From: Macrostomum hystrix
Lineage: Eukaryota > Animalia > Platyhelminthes
Direction: 5' to 3'
Assembly (NCBI GenBank): GCA_950097015.1
Contig: CATNEN010000033.1
Location: forward strand, 2,046,001 to 2,110,000
Length of the DNA stretch: 64,000 bases
Positions 22,401 through 33,099 of this stretch are shown one piece after another. The notes beneath the pieces were generated by a model that saw only the letters and a program-made list of their open reading frames with translations, was not told the origin of the DNA and did no database searches. Each line of letters starts with the position of its first letter. Within the stretch, counting starts at the first letter, position 1. The position numbers and the translations under genes were made by a program.

Positions 22401-23521
22401 TCAGCTTGGCAGACTGGACTGCCTCTGCGGCCCTCTGCAGGAGGCCTTTCCGCTTAGTGGAGCGCGCTGGGTGGCGATCAGAGCCCCCCTCAACAGCGCG
22501 ATCTGCCTTACCAGCGCGGCTATGCTGGGCTTTGTGCCCCCTATCTGAGAGCTTTGCTGCCTTAGGGGCTGAAGCTCCTTCGGCTGCTGCCTCAGTTGGG
22601 TTCGCGCCCGCTTTCGGCGCTTGTCTGCCACAAAAGCTCTGATGCGCAGCTTTAGGAGGCCGATGGCGATCTGTGTCGTCTGGGTACTTGCGCATCCAGA
22701 CGTCCGACAGGCCAAGAATGGCGGTGAAGCCCCGACCCTCGGGATGCTGAATGGTGTCGTGCACCCTAGGCCCGCGGCAGGCAGGTCGCGGTTGACTGCA
22801 AGCAGTCCATTCGGCAACTCTTCCGAGGAGGTAACGACGCTGGCCGCCGGAACTAAGATGCGGTGCCTCTTCATCTGGGGTGGCTCGTCCTCTCGGTGGA
22901 AGGCCATATTGGCTTCCCAGTTCTGCCCAGGCAGCATCTCCAGGAGGCGCCGGCCTGACTCGGCATCGCTGGGCCAGATGAGCAGGCCCGAGTCCCGCGT
23001 GGCGTGGGTCTTTATGGCCAGGGGCGTGCCCTTCAGGGTTTGCTTCCACAGGAGCCCGTCGATGACGCGGCTCGCCTGCTTCAGCTGGTCGGCAGTCAGA
23101 CGTGCGTCTCTGCCGAGCAAGACGATCGCCGGCTGTCTCTTTGCGACGGCGGCGAATGTGGGCCGGTTGTTACGACTCCCCCCAGCCGCGGTGGCAGAGG
23201 CCCCACCCTCCAGGGCGGCAGGGCAGGCAGGCCTAGGGCCTTCCGCGCCCGCCGCCCCGGCTGGCTTGGCTACACTGATACCGGGCTGGCTACACTGATA
23301 CCTGGCTGAGGGTCCAATGCAGTGCGATAAACCGGCAGGGGAACCCCCTCCTTGGCTTCAGGCGCCCTGCCTTCCTCAGGGGCCGGATAGGTGGGCCGGA
23401 GGCCTCCCGCCCCGGCAGCTTCGGTCGGCTGGGCCTCCTTCGGCCTAGGCCGGGAGTTCAACGCGTCGGTGGCGTCCGCGGCCCGTAGCTTGGGCTTGAG
23501 GCGTCTGCGGACTGGCTGCAT
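22400..23521 (-). pseudogene. ORF1 of the retrotransposon (gag-like, possibly DUF4780-like), frameshifted
   Basis: ATG 23521, low-complexity N-terminus, then RPTFAAVAK...GLLIWPSDAES...RILVP...LLAVNRDLP...GFTAILGLSD spread over ORFs 22401-23120 and 22264-23049. Domain label is recall-based. Confidence 0.55.
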
Positions 23522-23708
23522 GCCCTGTTAAGGTCAAAGGGTGACACCTTTTCCTCAGAGCCGTAGCCAGAGGTACCTGATCAACCACAGGTGCACGAAC
23601 GCTGCGGACTGGCTGCATACCCTGTTAAGGTCAAAGGGTGACACCTTTCCCTCCAGCGAGGGCTAGAGGTACCCAGTTCGTCCAGAGACCCTGGATGGGT
23701 CATCCAGC

Positions 23709-23948
23709 GCTGTTACCCGTTTTGTCCGGCTGCCCTAGGGTCATGCAGCCTTGAACACTCGCGGGACGTGTACCCGTGGGTCAGCTGGCGGGACAGCGTG
23801 GAGGGATTCCTGCACCCGAAGGCACAGGGCTCCTTCCTGCCAAGCCTGCTCAAAAAGCGACTCATGCAGGTGTGAGGCATCGCAGACCTTAGCCCGTGGG
23901 CCTGGACTGACTCATACCTCACAGGCGTTGTGTCCCGCCGGTGCGAGC
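23709..23948 (-). ncRNA. Candidate HDV/CPEB3-like self-cleaving ribozyme at the 5' end of the retrotransposon
   Basis: Minus strand: P1 GCUCGC/GCGAGU with a G1-U wobble; P3 GGG/CCC; L3 UACACGU; P1.1 AC/GU; P4 UC-AA-GGCUGC/GCAGCC-G-GA; J4/2 CAAA (C at 23724); P2 GCUG-ACCC/GGGU-AA-CAGC. G1 coincides with the TSD-defined element boundary. Confidence 0.75.
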
Positions 23949-24472
23949 AATCAAACGCTCGTAATAGTATCGATATTTCGGCCAAAAATTTAAGTATCGT
24001 TTCATCCCTATAGTTATTCATCCATTTACTTAGTCTACAGGTAATATCATCTAAAACCTTATTTGTATGAGTTTCCACTTTGAGGGTCAATTACCCGACG
24101 CATTTCCGATACAGTTTGTCATATGTAGACCCGATGCATTTATGTACTCGTAAATGAAGATTTGACGAAAAACATGCGAAAACATTTCAAGTACTCGTAC
24201 CTAGCCGACTGCTTCCATACTATTAGGTACTGTGTTTTCTAAACTATTTTCGGACGGGAAACTCATTCTAGGCCGTCCGAGCTCAGTATCATTGGAAGAA
24301 AAAAAGTTATGACCATTTTCTTACTTTTTAGTAATTTTATCGACTCTGACTACTGTTAGTAGTATATTGCTGTCGTCGGTGTCCCTATATAGGGATGAAA
24401 CGATGCCATAATTTTTGGCCCAAATATCGATACTAGCTCGTATTACGAGCGTTTGATTTATAGGTGTATTAG

Positions 24473-27400
24473 TCGCTGATTAAAGTATCATGCATGTAAA
24501 ATAGTTCATACACATGTCAGCAGTTTTGGCTTGTACAAATGGCAGCAATTACTAATTGTTATTTTTGATATTTTATTCACACATACCTAAAAATTAAATT
24601 GCAATAAGTATAGCTATAGTCTTTGTGACCCTCCTGCACAATGGGGATCAGGACCCGGTCGCTGATGGATGTGTGGCAACCCTGCATGATGGAGATCAGG
24701 ACCCGGTCGCTGATGGATGTGTGGCAACCCTGCATGATGGAGATCAGGACCCGGTCGCTGATGGATGTGTGGCAACCCTGCATGATGGGGATCAGGACCC
24801 GGTCGCTGATGGATGTGTGGCAACCCTGCATGATGGAGATCAGGACCCGGTCGCTGATGGATGTGTGGCAACCCATCTCGATGGGGATCAGTTGCGAGGA
24901 TTCTGTTTGGGATCTTGCCATGAAGATAGTTCAGAAACCATAAAAGAACCAAACAATTTGACAGGCAACTGAACCGCTGAAGAGTACAGCTGCTAACACT
25001 GAAAGATGAGAATTTGTTGTAGAAATTGTTTGAAACGTACGCCTTACAGGAGAATAATATAAGTATGCGCATCGTTTAATGGCTTTCAAATAGCTAGTAT
25101 ATTTATCATAAAAAAGGGCATCAAACTGCGAAATGCTTAAGGTATGGTGTACTCAGTGTAAAATAGCGAAAATACTGTCGAATTACAAGAGTGTTTCTCA
25201 AGATATGCAATTATCAGCATTACGCGCTGACTAGCGAAATATTATAATTAAAAAAAACTGACAGTCAACGTCAACCCTGGCTGTACTTTTGTAGTCTGAG
25301 CAGTCATAGCTCTGAAATATCCGTCAGAGCACAGGATCAAGGGCTCCGAAAATGTGCATCTCGAATGTGCACCGAAAATTGACTCAGGAAAGTCGAACAG
25401 GATGTGCTTATAGAAACTTCCAGCGAGAGCCACATGTTCCTGAAAGGAAACATAGGTAATAGGATGTTGTACCTTTTTATTTTTTAATTTAGACAAAACA
25501 GCCAATTTTTCAAAAGCAGGGGGAATGAAAGAGGTGCTGGGAAGAGGGAGGGGACTATCAAGGACGGCGGGAGGAATGCCAAGGAGGATAGGAGAGGGGA
25601 CTGTCAAGGCCAGGGAGGATAAGGGAGGGGACTGTCAAGGATGGCAGGAGGAATGCCATGGAGGATGGGGAGGGGACTGTCAAGGATGGCGGAAGGAATG
25701 CCATGGAGGATGGGGGAGGGGACTATTAAGGATGGGGGAAGGAATGCCATGGAGGATGGGGAGGGGACTGTCAAGGATGGCAGGAGTAATGCCATGGAGG
25801 ATGGGGAGGGGACTATTAAGGATGGCGGAAGGAATGCCAAGGAGGATGGGAGAGGGGACTATTAAGGATGGCGGAAGGAATGCCATGGAGGATGGGAAGG
25901 GGACTGTCAAGGATGGCATGAGGAATGCCATGGAGGATGGGGAGGGGACTGTCAAGTATGGCGGGAGGAATGCCATGGAGGATGGGGGAGGGGACTATCA
26001 AGGACGGCGGGAGGAATGCCAAGGAGGATGGGGGAGGGGACTGTCAAGGATGGCAGGAGGAATGCCATGGAGGATGGGGGAGGGGACTGTCAAGGATGGC
26101 AGGAGGAATGCCGAGGAGGATGGGGGAGGGGACTATCAAGGAACAGAAAGTGTTAGAGGAGCTGTGGTAGAGGAGCATGGGTAGAGTAGAAGGGCCAGTA
26201 GAGGAACAGGGGTTAGAGGAGCAGGGGTTGAGGTGCTGGGGTAGAGGAGCAGGGGTTAGAGGAGCAGGGGTTAGAGGTGCAGGGGTAGAGTAGAAGGGCC
26301 AGTAGAGGAGCAAGGTGTAGAAGAGTAGGGTAGAGGTGCAGGGGTAGAGAGGCAGGGCCAGTAGAGGAGCAAGGTGTAGAAGAGTAGGGTAGAGGTGCAG
26401 GGGTAGAGTAGAAGGGCCAGTAGAGGAGCAAGGTGTAGAAGAGTAGGGTAGAGGTGCAGGGGTAGAGAGGCAGGGCCAGTAGAGGAGCAAGGTGTAGAAG
26501 AGTAGGGTAGAGGAGCAGGGGGGTAAAGAAGCAGTTGGTAGAGAAACAGTGGGTGGAGGAGGAGTTGATAGGGGAACAGGGAGTAGTAGAGCAGTTGATA
26601 AAGGAACAGGTAGCAGGATGAAGAGTAGCAAGGGTAGTAAATGAGCCAGAGGAACAGGAGCAATGAATAGAAGAAAAGGAATGGAAAAGAAACAAAAAAG
26701 TATATATATTTATATAATATATAGAAACAAACATATTTGTCATTAGTTATTATTCCTAAGAAAAATTATTTGGCAATAATCTAGCTGTCCATGAGCCTAT
26801 ATATATTTGAATATATCTAAGCCATATAAGAATTAATAAATTATTGAATTATTATTTCATGGTTAAAAATATATATGATAATAAAATTTAAATATGTCAG
26901 CTTCTAATAAACTATAAATTTTACTTGTGTTGCTGTTTAGCAATAAATATTAATAATAGTACTCATAATAGTAGCTATCACACTATTAGCTTAGGCTTGG
27001 GGCTGTGCCTGTTCTTTAACAAGCCTAGCTAGGAAAACATTCTAGCTAATGTCTAGCAGAACATGCTTTTTAGCTAGATTTTTGCTAGAAGCTAGCTATA
27101 TTTGCTAGCTAAACTTTCTACTATGGTCTGAGCCATGGGGTCTGTTTATAACTATGGCTATAGGCCTATAGGCTATAGCCATCCATTCATATCTAGCTAG
27201 GCATAGGTAGGCCAACATTCAATAGCTAGCAAATTATAATTAGCAATAATAGGCCTATAGGAAACAATAATATACAAATAAATTGTAAAGACACTGTATC
27301 GAATCGATTGTATTGATCCTGGTAACTCTATAAAAGAGTCAGTCATTGAAACGATATCTAACAGCATCAATGATTATATTATATTTAAGCACGTACATTT

Positions 27401-27743
27401 GTGCCCCATATTAAAGCATTGCATTGACTTTGAAAGCTAAAGCTGCGCGTATCGCTACGCCGCTGCGCGCAGAGAACCGCTTTGAAGGCTCGTGTTGTAA
27501 CACAGAATTGGCTTCACAGGGTGTAACGCGAGTGGGTACCTTAGGCCTACGAATAGCCAACTTCTAATTTACTTCCAGCATGTGTATTGATTTCGAATTC
27601 GCGCCAGCTTTGTTTTAAAAGTAATATTTCAACAGGCTATTTCATGAAGCCAAAGGCATATAAAACGACTCTAAGATGCAAAAAGGATCGCGCAAAGGCA
27701 TGTAAACTTAAAATATAACACCGCTTTTCATGCGCAATAACGC
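24473..27743 (-). repeat. Right arm of the 3,271-bp inverted repeat (partner 12136-15406)
   Basis: Reverse complement of the left arm; same length. Confidence 0.95.
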
Positions 27744-27765
27744 GCAAAATATAATTTACATTTAT

Positions 27766-27950
27766 CTGATTCACCGCCGATTCACCGCCTAAAATAAAAC
27801 AAAAAATCGCTCTTTTGCCGTCCCGACGAAACGCGCAGTGCTAGAAATTTAGGCGCATCTCTAAATTAACTTGCGCCATCGATTTTATACAGTTTTGGCT
27901 GTTGAAAATTTATTTAAAAAATCGGTGAAATCCAGTGGCGGTGAAATCAG
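27766..27950. repeat. Short imperfect inverted repeat (ctgattcaccgcc / ggcggtgaaatcag), possible small MITE
   Basis: The motif occurs twice at each end; it starts ~20 bp outside the right arm. Confidence 0.4.
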
Positions 27951-29199
27951 TACTTAGTCTTTTGCTTTCGCAGAAGCGTTAGAAAGTTATACCTATAGTT
28001 TTTTCCAAGAACCAGAAGAACGAGAAATTGTTCCTGGAATATGGCTTGAATGGAAAGCCTCTATGAGTGAGTATAACTATAAAATAAAAAAAGTAATAAG
28101 CTAGGCCTTGGTGCTTTCTTGTCTGTTATATTACTGATTGACCTGTTAAATTCAAATTCCATGCATTTATTATAAGCCTTCTAGCAAAACATCAATTCAG
28201 TAAAGAGCGTTGTTTCATTACATAACCATAGTTCAACCAGGTCCTAGGCCTATCTTAACTAGCTATCTATTCAAACATTTCACTTGTTCTTCATTTACAA
28301 ACTCCAAGAAAATCAGTATTTATTTGGTTGTGGCCTATCGGCTATCCCTAGGGACGATTAGTTTTACCTAGACAGCCTAGGCCTATTCTTGCTCTAGCGG
28401 TAGGGACCTAAGCTGTGTAGGGCCTAGGCCTAGCTAGCCTATGCTATGGTTATGGTGTAGGCCCTTAGCCTAATCATTGGGTTAGGGCCTATACATTTGT
28501 GTAAGCATATTTTTGGAAAACTAATACAATAGCATAGGCCTAGCTTTAGTTAGGAGGCCATAGTGGGCCTAAAGTGTTGCTACAATAAAGCAATGCAAAA
28601 TTTATTGTAGATTTTTTTAAATGTCTGATTGGCTATAGGCCTACCATTCTCTATTGTTTGTTTGTTCTAAGCCAAGTAATAAATAATAAAATAGCTATCA
28701 TTGTTTGTTGCTAGTCTCATTACTATGTTATAGGCCTAGCTATTTTTCAGTTTTCAATTATGTTATTAATTGTTATCTCTTCAAATTGAATCTCCAGAAT
28801 TGAACCTGCAGCTCTGACAAGTGAGGAACATATAAAGTTCCTATGTGGTACCTCTCTCCCTTGGATGCCTGTTTCCTTGGTGACTGCTCATCACAGTGTT
28901 TAGATAAGTAGGATTCTGAAAGAAAATTATGCTAGTTATAAACACGATTTTTTAATGCTAGTAAATACAATGCAAATATTTCATATCCTAAATTATTAAT
29001 TGTGTTACAAATCTAAAAAAAATAATGAATAGAAATCTGTATTGTGTGTCATCAAAAAGCCTTAAATGTCTGTTATAATTCCTAAACTGGAACTCATGTA
29101 ATACAGTTAAAAGCAACAAATAATTATAACTTAAAGGTAAGATTATACTATTGCTATCTATTTTCTTTCCAGAAGTTAAACCGCAGCATCTAGAGCAGA

Positions 29200-32100
29200 A
29201 TGCAGAGCTTCCTTAGCCCTGAGCAGTGCCAGTTCTATGCCGACAATGGCTACCTAGTGATTGAAAACTTCATCAGTCCGGAGCTCTGCGAGGAACTAAG
29301 GCGGGAGTGCCACCAGCTCACCGACAGCTTCAACTTGGACGAGCACCGCACCATCTTCGACGCCAAGAATCGGGAGGACGAGGCCGAGCGTAGCTACCGC
29401 TCGCAGCGCTACTTCTTTGACAGCTGGAACAAGGTGTCATTCTTCTTCGAGAAGGACGCCTTCAATGACAAAGGCGAGCTGACCGCGCCGCGGAATCAGT
29501 GCATCAACAAGCTGGGCCACTATCTGCACGTTGAGTGCCCCGGCTTTAGGCGAATCACCTTTGATCCCAGGGTGCAGGCAATCAGCAGGGATCTGGGATT
29601 TCAGGTATCGCAACTGATGCACTGATTCTAACTTAAAAAAATCAGTGATCCTCACTCTCAAATTATCCCATGCAGTGATCCTCACTCTCAAATTATCCCA
29701 TGCAGTGATCCTCACTCTCAAATTATCCCATGCAGTGATCCTCACTCTCAAATTATCCCATGCAGTGATCCTCACTCTCAAATTATCCCATGCAGTGATC
29801 CTCACTCTCAAATTATCCCATGCAGTGATCCTCACTCTCAAATTATCCCATGCAGTGATCCTCACTCTCAAATTATCCCATGCAGTGATCCTCACTCTCA
29901 AATTATCCCATGCAGTGATCCTCACTCTCAAATTATCCCATGCAGTGATCCTCACTCTCAAATTATCCCATGCAGTGATCCTCACTCTCAAATTATCCCA
30001 TGCAGTGATCCTCACTCTCAAATTATCCCATGCAGTGATCCTCACTCTCAAATTATCCCGTACAGTAATCCTCACTCTCAAATTATCCCATGCAGTAATC
30101 CTCACTCTCAAATTATCCCATGCAGTGATCCTCACTCTCAAATTATCCCGTACAGTAATCCTCACTCTCAAATTAGCCCATACAGTAATCCTCACCTTTC
30201 AAATTATCCCGTACAGTAATCCTCACTCTCAAATTATCCCGTGCAGTTATCCCCACTCAAATCGCCTTTTGTTGAGCGCAGGTGCCGCGCATCTGCCAGA
30301 GCATGTACATCTTCAAGCAGCCTCGCATCGGCGGCTGCGTGGACTCGCACCAGGACGCCACCTACCTGTGGACTGAGCCCGGTGAGCCGCGCCTCATTGG
30401 TTTCTGGATTCCCTTGGAGGACACCACACAGGATAACGGCTGTCTGTGGTTCGTGCCCGGCTCCCACCGCTCCGGATTGGTCGACGGGCGCCGCTTCCGT
30501 CGGGAGGCCGGCACGGATGGCCAGGATCGCATGATCCACACTGGCCGAGACCCCAACGAGATTGTGCCCCTTGAGCAGTATAAGCCGTGCGAGGTGAGTT
30601 TCCTTGCCTACCCTGGCCGATCTCCTTCCCTTATCCACCCTGTTCGGTCCTATTTCCGCCCTATAGCGATTTTGTTCCCCATTCCGCCCCTCCACTGTAC
30701 CACTTTCCGCCCTCTCCACTGTACCACTTTCCGCCCCCTCCACTGTACCACTTTCCGCCCCCTCCACTGTACCACTTTCCGCCCCCTCCACTGTACCACT
30801 TTCCGCCCTCTCCACTGTACCACTTTCCGCCCTCTCCATTGTACCACTTTCCGCCCCCTCCACTGTACCACTTTCCGCCCTCTCCATTGTACCACTTTCC
30901 GCCCTCTCCACTGTACCACTTTCCGCCCTCTCCACTGTACCACTTTCCGCCCTCTCCATTGTACCACTTTCCGCCCCCTCCACTGTACCACTTTCCGCCC
31001 TCTCCATTGTACCACTTTCCGCCCTCTCCATTGTACCACTTTCCGCCCCCTCCACTGTACCACTTTCCGCCCCCTCCACTGTACCACTTTCCGCCCCCTC
31101 CACTGTACCACTTTCCGCCCTCTCCACTGTACCACTTTCCGCCCTCTCCATTGTACCACTTTCCGCCCCCTCCACTGTACCACTTTCCGCCCCCTCCACT
31201 GTACCACTTTCCGCCCCCTCCACTGTACCACTTTCCGCCCCCTCCACTGTACCACTTTCCGCCCTCTCCATTGTACCACTTTCCGCCCCCTCCATTGTAC
31301 CACTTTCCGGCCCTCCACTGTCTTACTTTCCGCCCCTCCACTGTACCACTTTCCGGCCCTCCACTGTCTTACTTTCCGCTCCTCCACTGTACCACTTTCC
31401 GGCCCTCCACTGTCTTACTTTCCGCTCCTCCACTGTACCACTTTCCGGCCCTCCACTGTCTTACTTTCCTCCCCTCCACTGTACCACTTTCCGACCCTCC
31501 ACTGTACCACTTTCCGGCCCTCCACTGTACCACTTTCCGGCCCTCCACTGTACCACTTTCCGGCCCTCCACTGTCTTACTTTCCTCCCCTCCACTGTCTT
31601 ACTTTCCGCCCCTCCATTGTACCACTTTCCGCCCCCTCCACTGTACCACTTTCCGGCCCTCCACTGTCTTACTTTCCGCCCCTCCATTGTACCACTTTCC
31701 GCCCCTCCACTGTACCACTTTCCGCCCCTCCATTGTACCACTTTCCGGTCCTCCACTGTCTTACGTTCCGCCCCTCCATTGTACCACTTTCCGCCCCTCC
31801 ACTGTACCACTTTCCGGCCCTCCACTGCTTACTTTCCGCCCCTCCATTGTACCACTTTCCGCCCCTCCACTGTACCACTTTCCGGTCCTCCACTGTCTTA
31901 CGTTCCGCCCCTCCATTGTACCACTTTCCGTCCCTCCATTGTACCACTTTCCGCCCCTCCACTGTACCACTTTCCGGTCCTCCACTGTCTTACGTTCCGC
32001 CCCTCCATTGTACCACTTTCCGCCCCTCCATTGTACCACTTTCCGTCCCTCCATTGTACCACTTTCCGCCCCTCCACTGTACCACTTTCCGGCCCTCCAT

Positions 32101-32648
32101 TGTACCACTTTCCGCCCCTCCACTGTACCACTTTCCGGCCCTCCATTGTACCACTTTCCGCCCCTCTACTGTCTTGCTTTCCGGCCCTCCATTGTAATTT
32201 TAATCGTCCTCTCCTAACGGGAAGTAGCTAATTGTATTTTTACTTGTGCCAATTACACAGAAAATGAAAAAGAGCGGTCATTTTCTAACGAAATTGGAAG
32301 AAATCAGCAGATTTTTCCTATTCACAGTTTGTAAGTCTGCCGACTTTGCCCTTCACTGTCCTTTTCCGCCCTTCACTGGCCCTTTCCACCCTCATCCGGA
32401 TTCCGATGCCGCCCCATCCCCATCGGCTCATTTCGGGCAATCAACTCGGCCCGCAGGTGAAGCGCGGCTCCCTGGTGCTCATCCACGGCTTCGTGCTGCA
32501 CATGAGCCGCGAGAACCGCAGCCAGCGCTCTCGCGACACCTACACCTGGCACGTCATCGACCTGCCGGCCGGCACTCGCTGGTCCAACGAGAACTGGATC
32601 AATCCGCCAGATGTTGTAACAGGCTTTGAACTCCTGCGCAAGGATTGA
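29200..32648 (+). CDS. PHYHD1: Phytanoyl-CoA dioxygenase domain-containing protein 1-like (Fe/2OG dioxygenase), 3 exons, ~302 aa
   Basis: Exons 29200-29604, 30282-30593 and 32457-32648, all phase 0 with GT-AG ends. Motifs NGYLVIENF, NKLGH, QSMYIFKQPRIGG, HQD (HxD), NGCLWFVPGSH and distal His in VLHMS. Confidence 0.9.
29643..30260. repeat. 30-bp minisatellite filling PHYHD1 intron 1
   Basis: Unit gtgatcctcactctcaaattatcccatgca, about 20 copies, mostly perfect. Confidence 0.97.
30680..32190. repeat. 24/23-bp minisatellite filling PHYHD1 intron 2
   Basis: Unit ctccactgtaccactttccgccc(c/t); 24-bp units in the first half, 23-bp variants in the second. Confidence 0.97.
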
Positions 32649-33099
32649 ATTACAGCCTTCAGCACTGAATGCATATTCATTTCACTAATTAGACAATTAT
32701 TTGTCATTTACACTACTTATAGTATAGCGTATGATAGTTTTGCTGCATATTTTTTGGCAACGAATGCTCGCTTTCAACTTAATTATGCTTGATTTACTTT
32801 TTCTAGGGCTTAATTCTTCAGGTAATATTTGTAACAACAATTTCAAGGATTTTTTACAACTATTTTTGCCTGTTTCCATTAAAACTAATCGTGAATATTC
32901 CATTACCACACCTGATTTTGTTGAGATCTCTTGTTGTGAAACTAGATCGTAGGCAACACGGACTATTTAGCCATAATACATGATCCTCTTGACTGCTGCC
33001 TATTGAGTTTTCATTATCACAAATCTCTTAAAAATTAATTTGCAAAAACCCGTTTGTTCGTTTCTTATTTTAAAACTGCATTTGTCACTGCCAGTGCAG

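Larger units (their letters stand above)
18438..23948 (-). mobile_element. Non-LTR retrotransposon, LOA/R1-group-like with RNase H, 5,511 bp
   Basis: 12-bp TSD aatcaaacgctc (18426-18437 and 23949-23960). Domain order ORF1, APE, APE, partial RT, RNase H, C-terminal Cys/His motif; short TAAGTCAG-TAAGTCAA 3' tail. RRAVGNTWGLTP motif is typical of LOA-like RT thumbs. Confidence 0.9.
18418..24466. mobile_element. ~526-bp MITE (TA TSD, Tc1/mariner-like) interrupted by the retrotransposon
   Basis: Removing 18438-23960 restores TA|CACCTATAAATCAAACGCTCGTAATA...TATTACGAGCGTTTGATTTATAGGTG|TA, a perfect 26-bp TIR with imperfect extension (tatcgatattt...gccaaaaat...atcgtttcatccctata). TA at 18416-18417 and 24467-24468. 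Confidence 0.85.

Noticed and set aside
23660-23712. Hammerhead ribozyme (CUGGAUGA...CGAA on the minus strand)
   Set aside because: The CUGAUGA and GAAA cores are not exact and stems I and III cannot be built; it reads as simple hairpins.
23713-24090. 125-aa ORF MTLKVETHTNK...
   Set aside because: It crosses the MITE/LINE junction and the ribozyme fold, so it is a chance chimeric frame.
12136-27743. Polinton/Maverick or Mutator element as the explanation for the long inverted arms
   Set aside because: No polymerase, integrase, capsid or MULE transposase, no AG/TC-type termini, and no 6- or 9-bp TSD at the outer ends.
27960-28075. Fragment AEALESYTYSFFQEPEEREIVPGIWLEWK followed by gtgagt, reminiscent of the N-terminus of transposon accessory ORFs
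   Set aside because: Too short and isolated to support a call.
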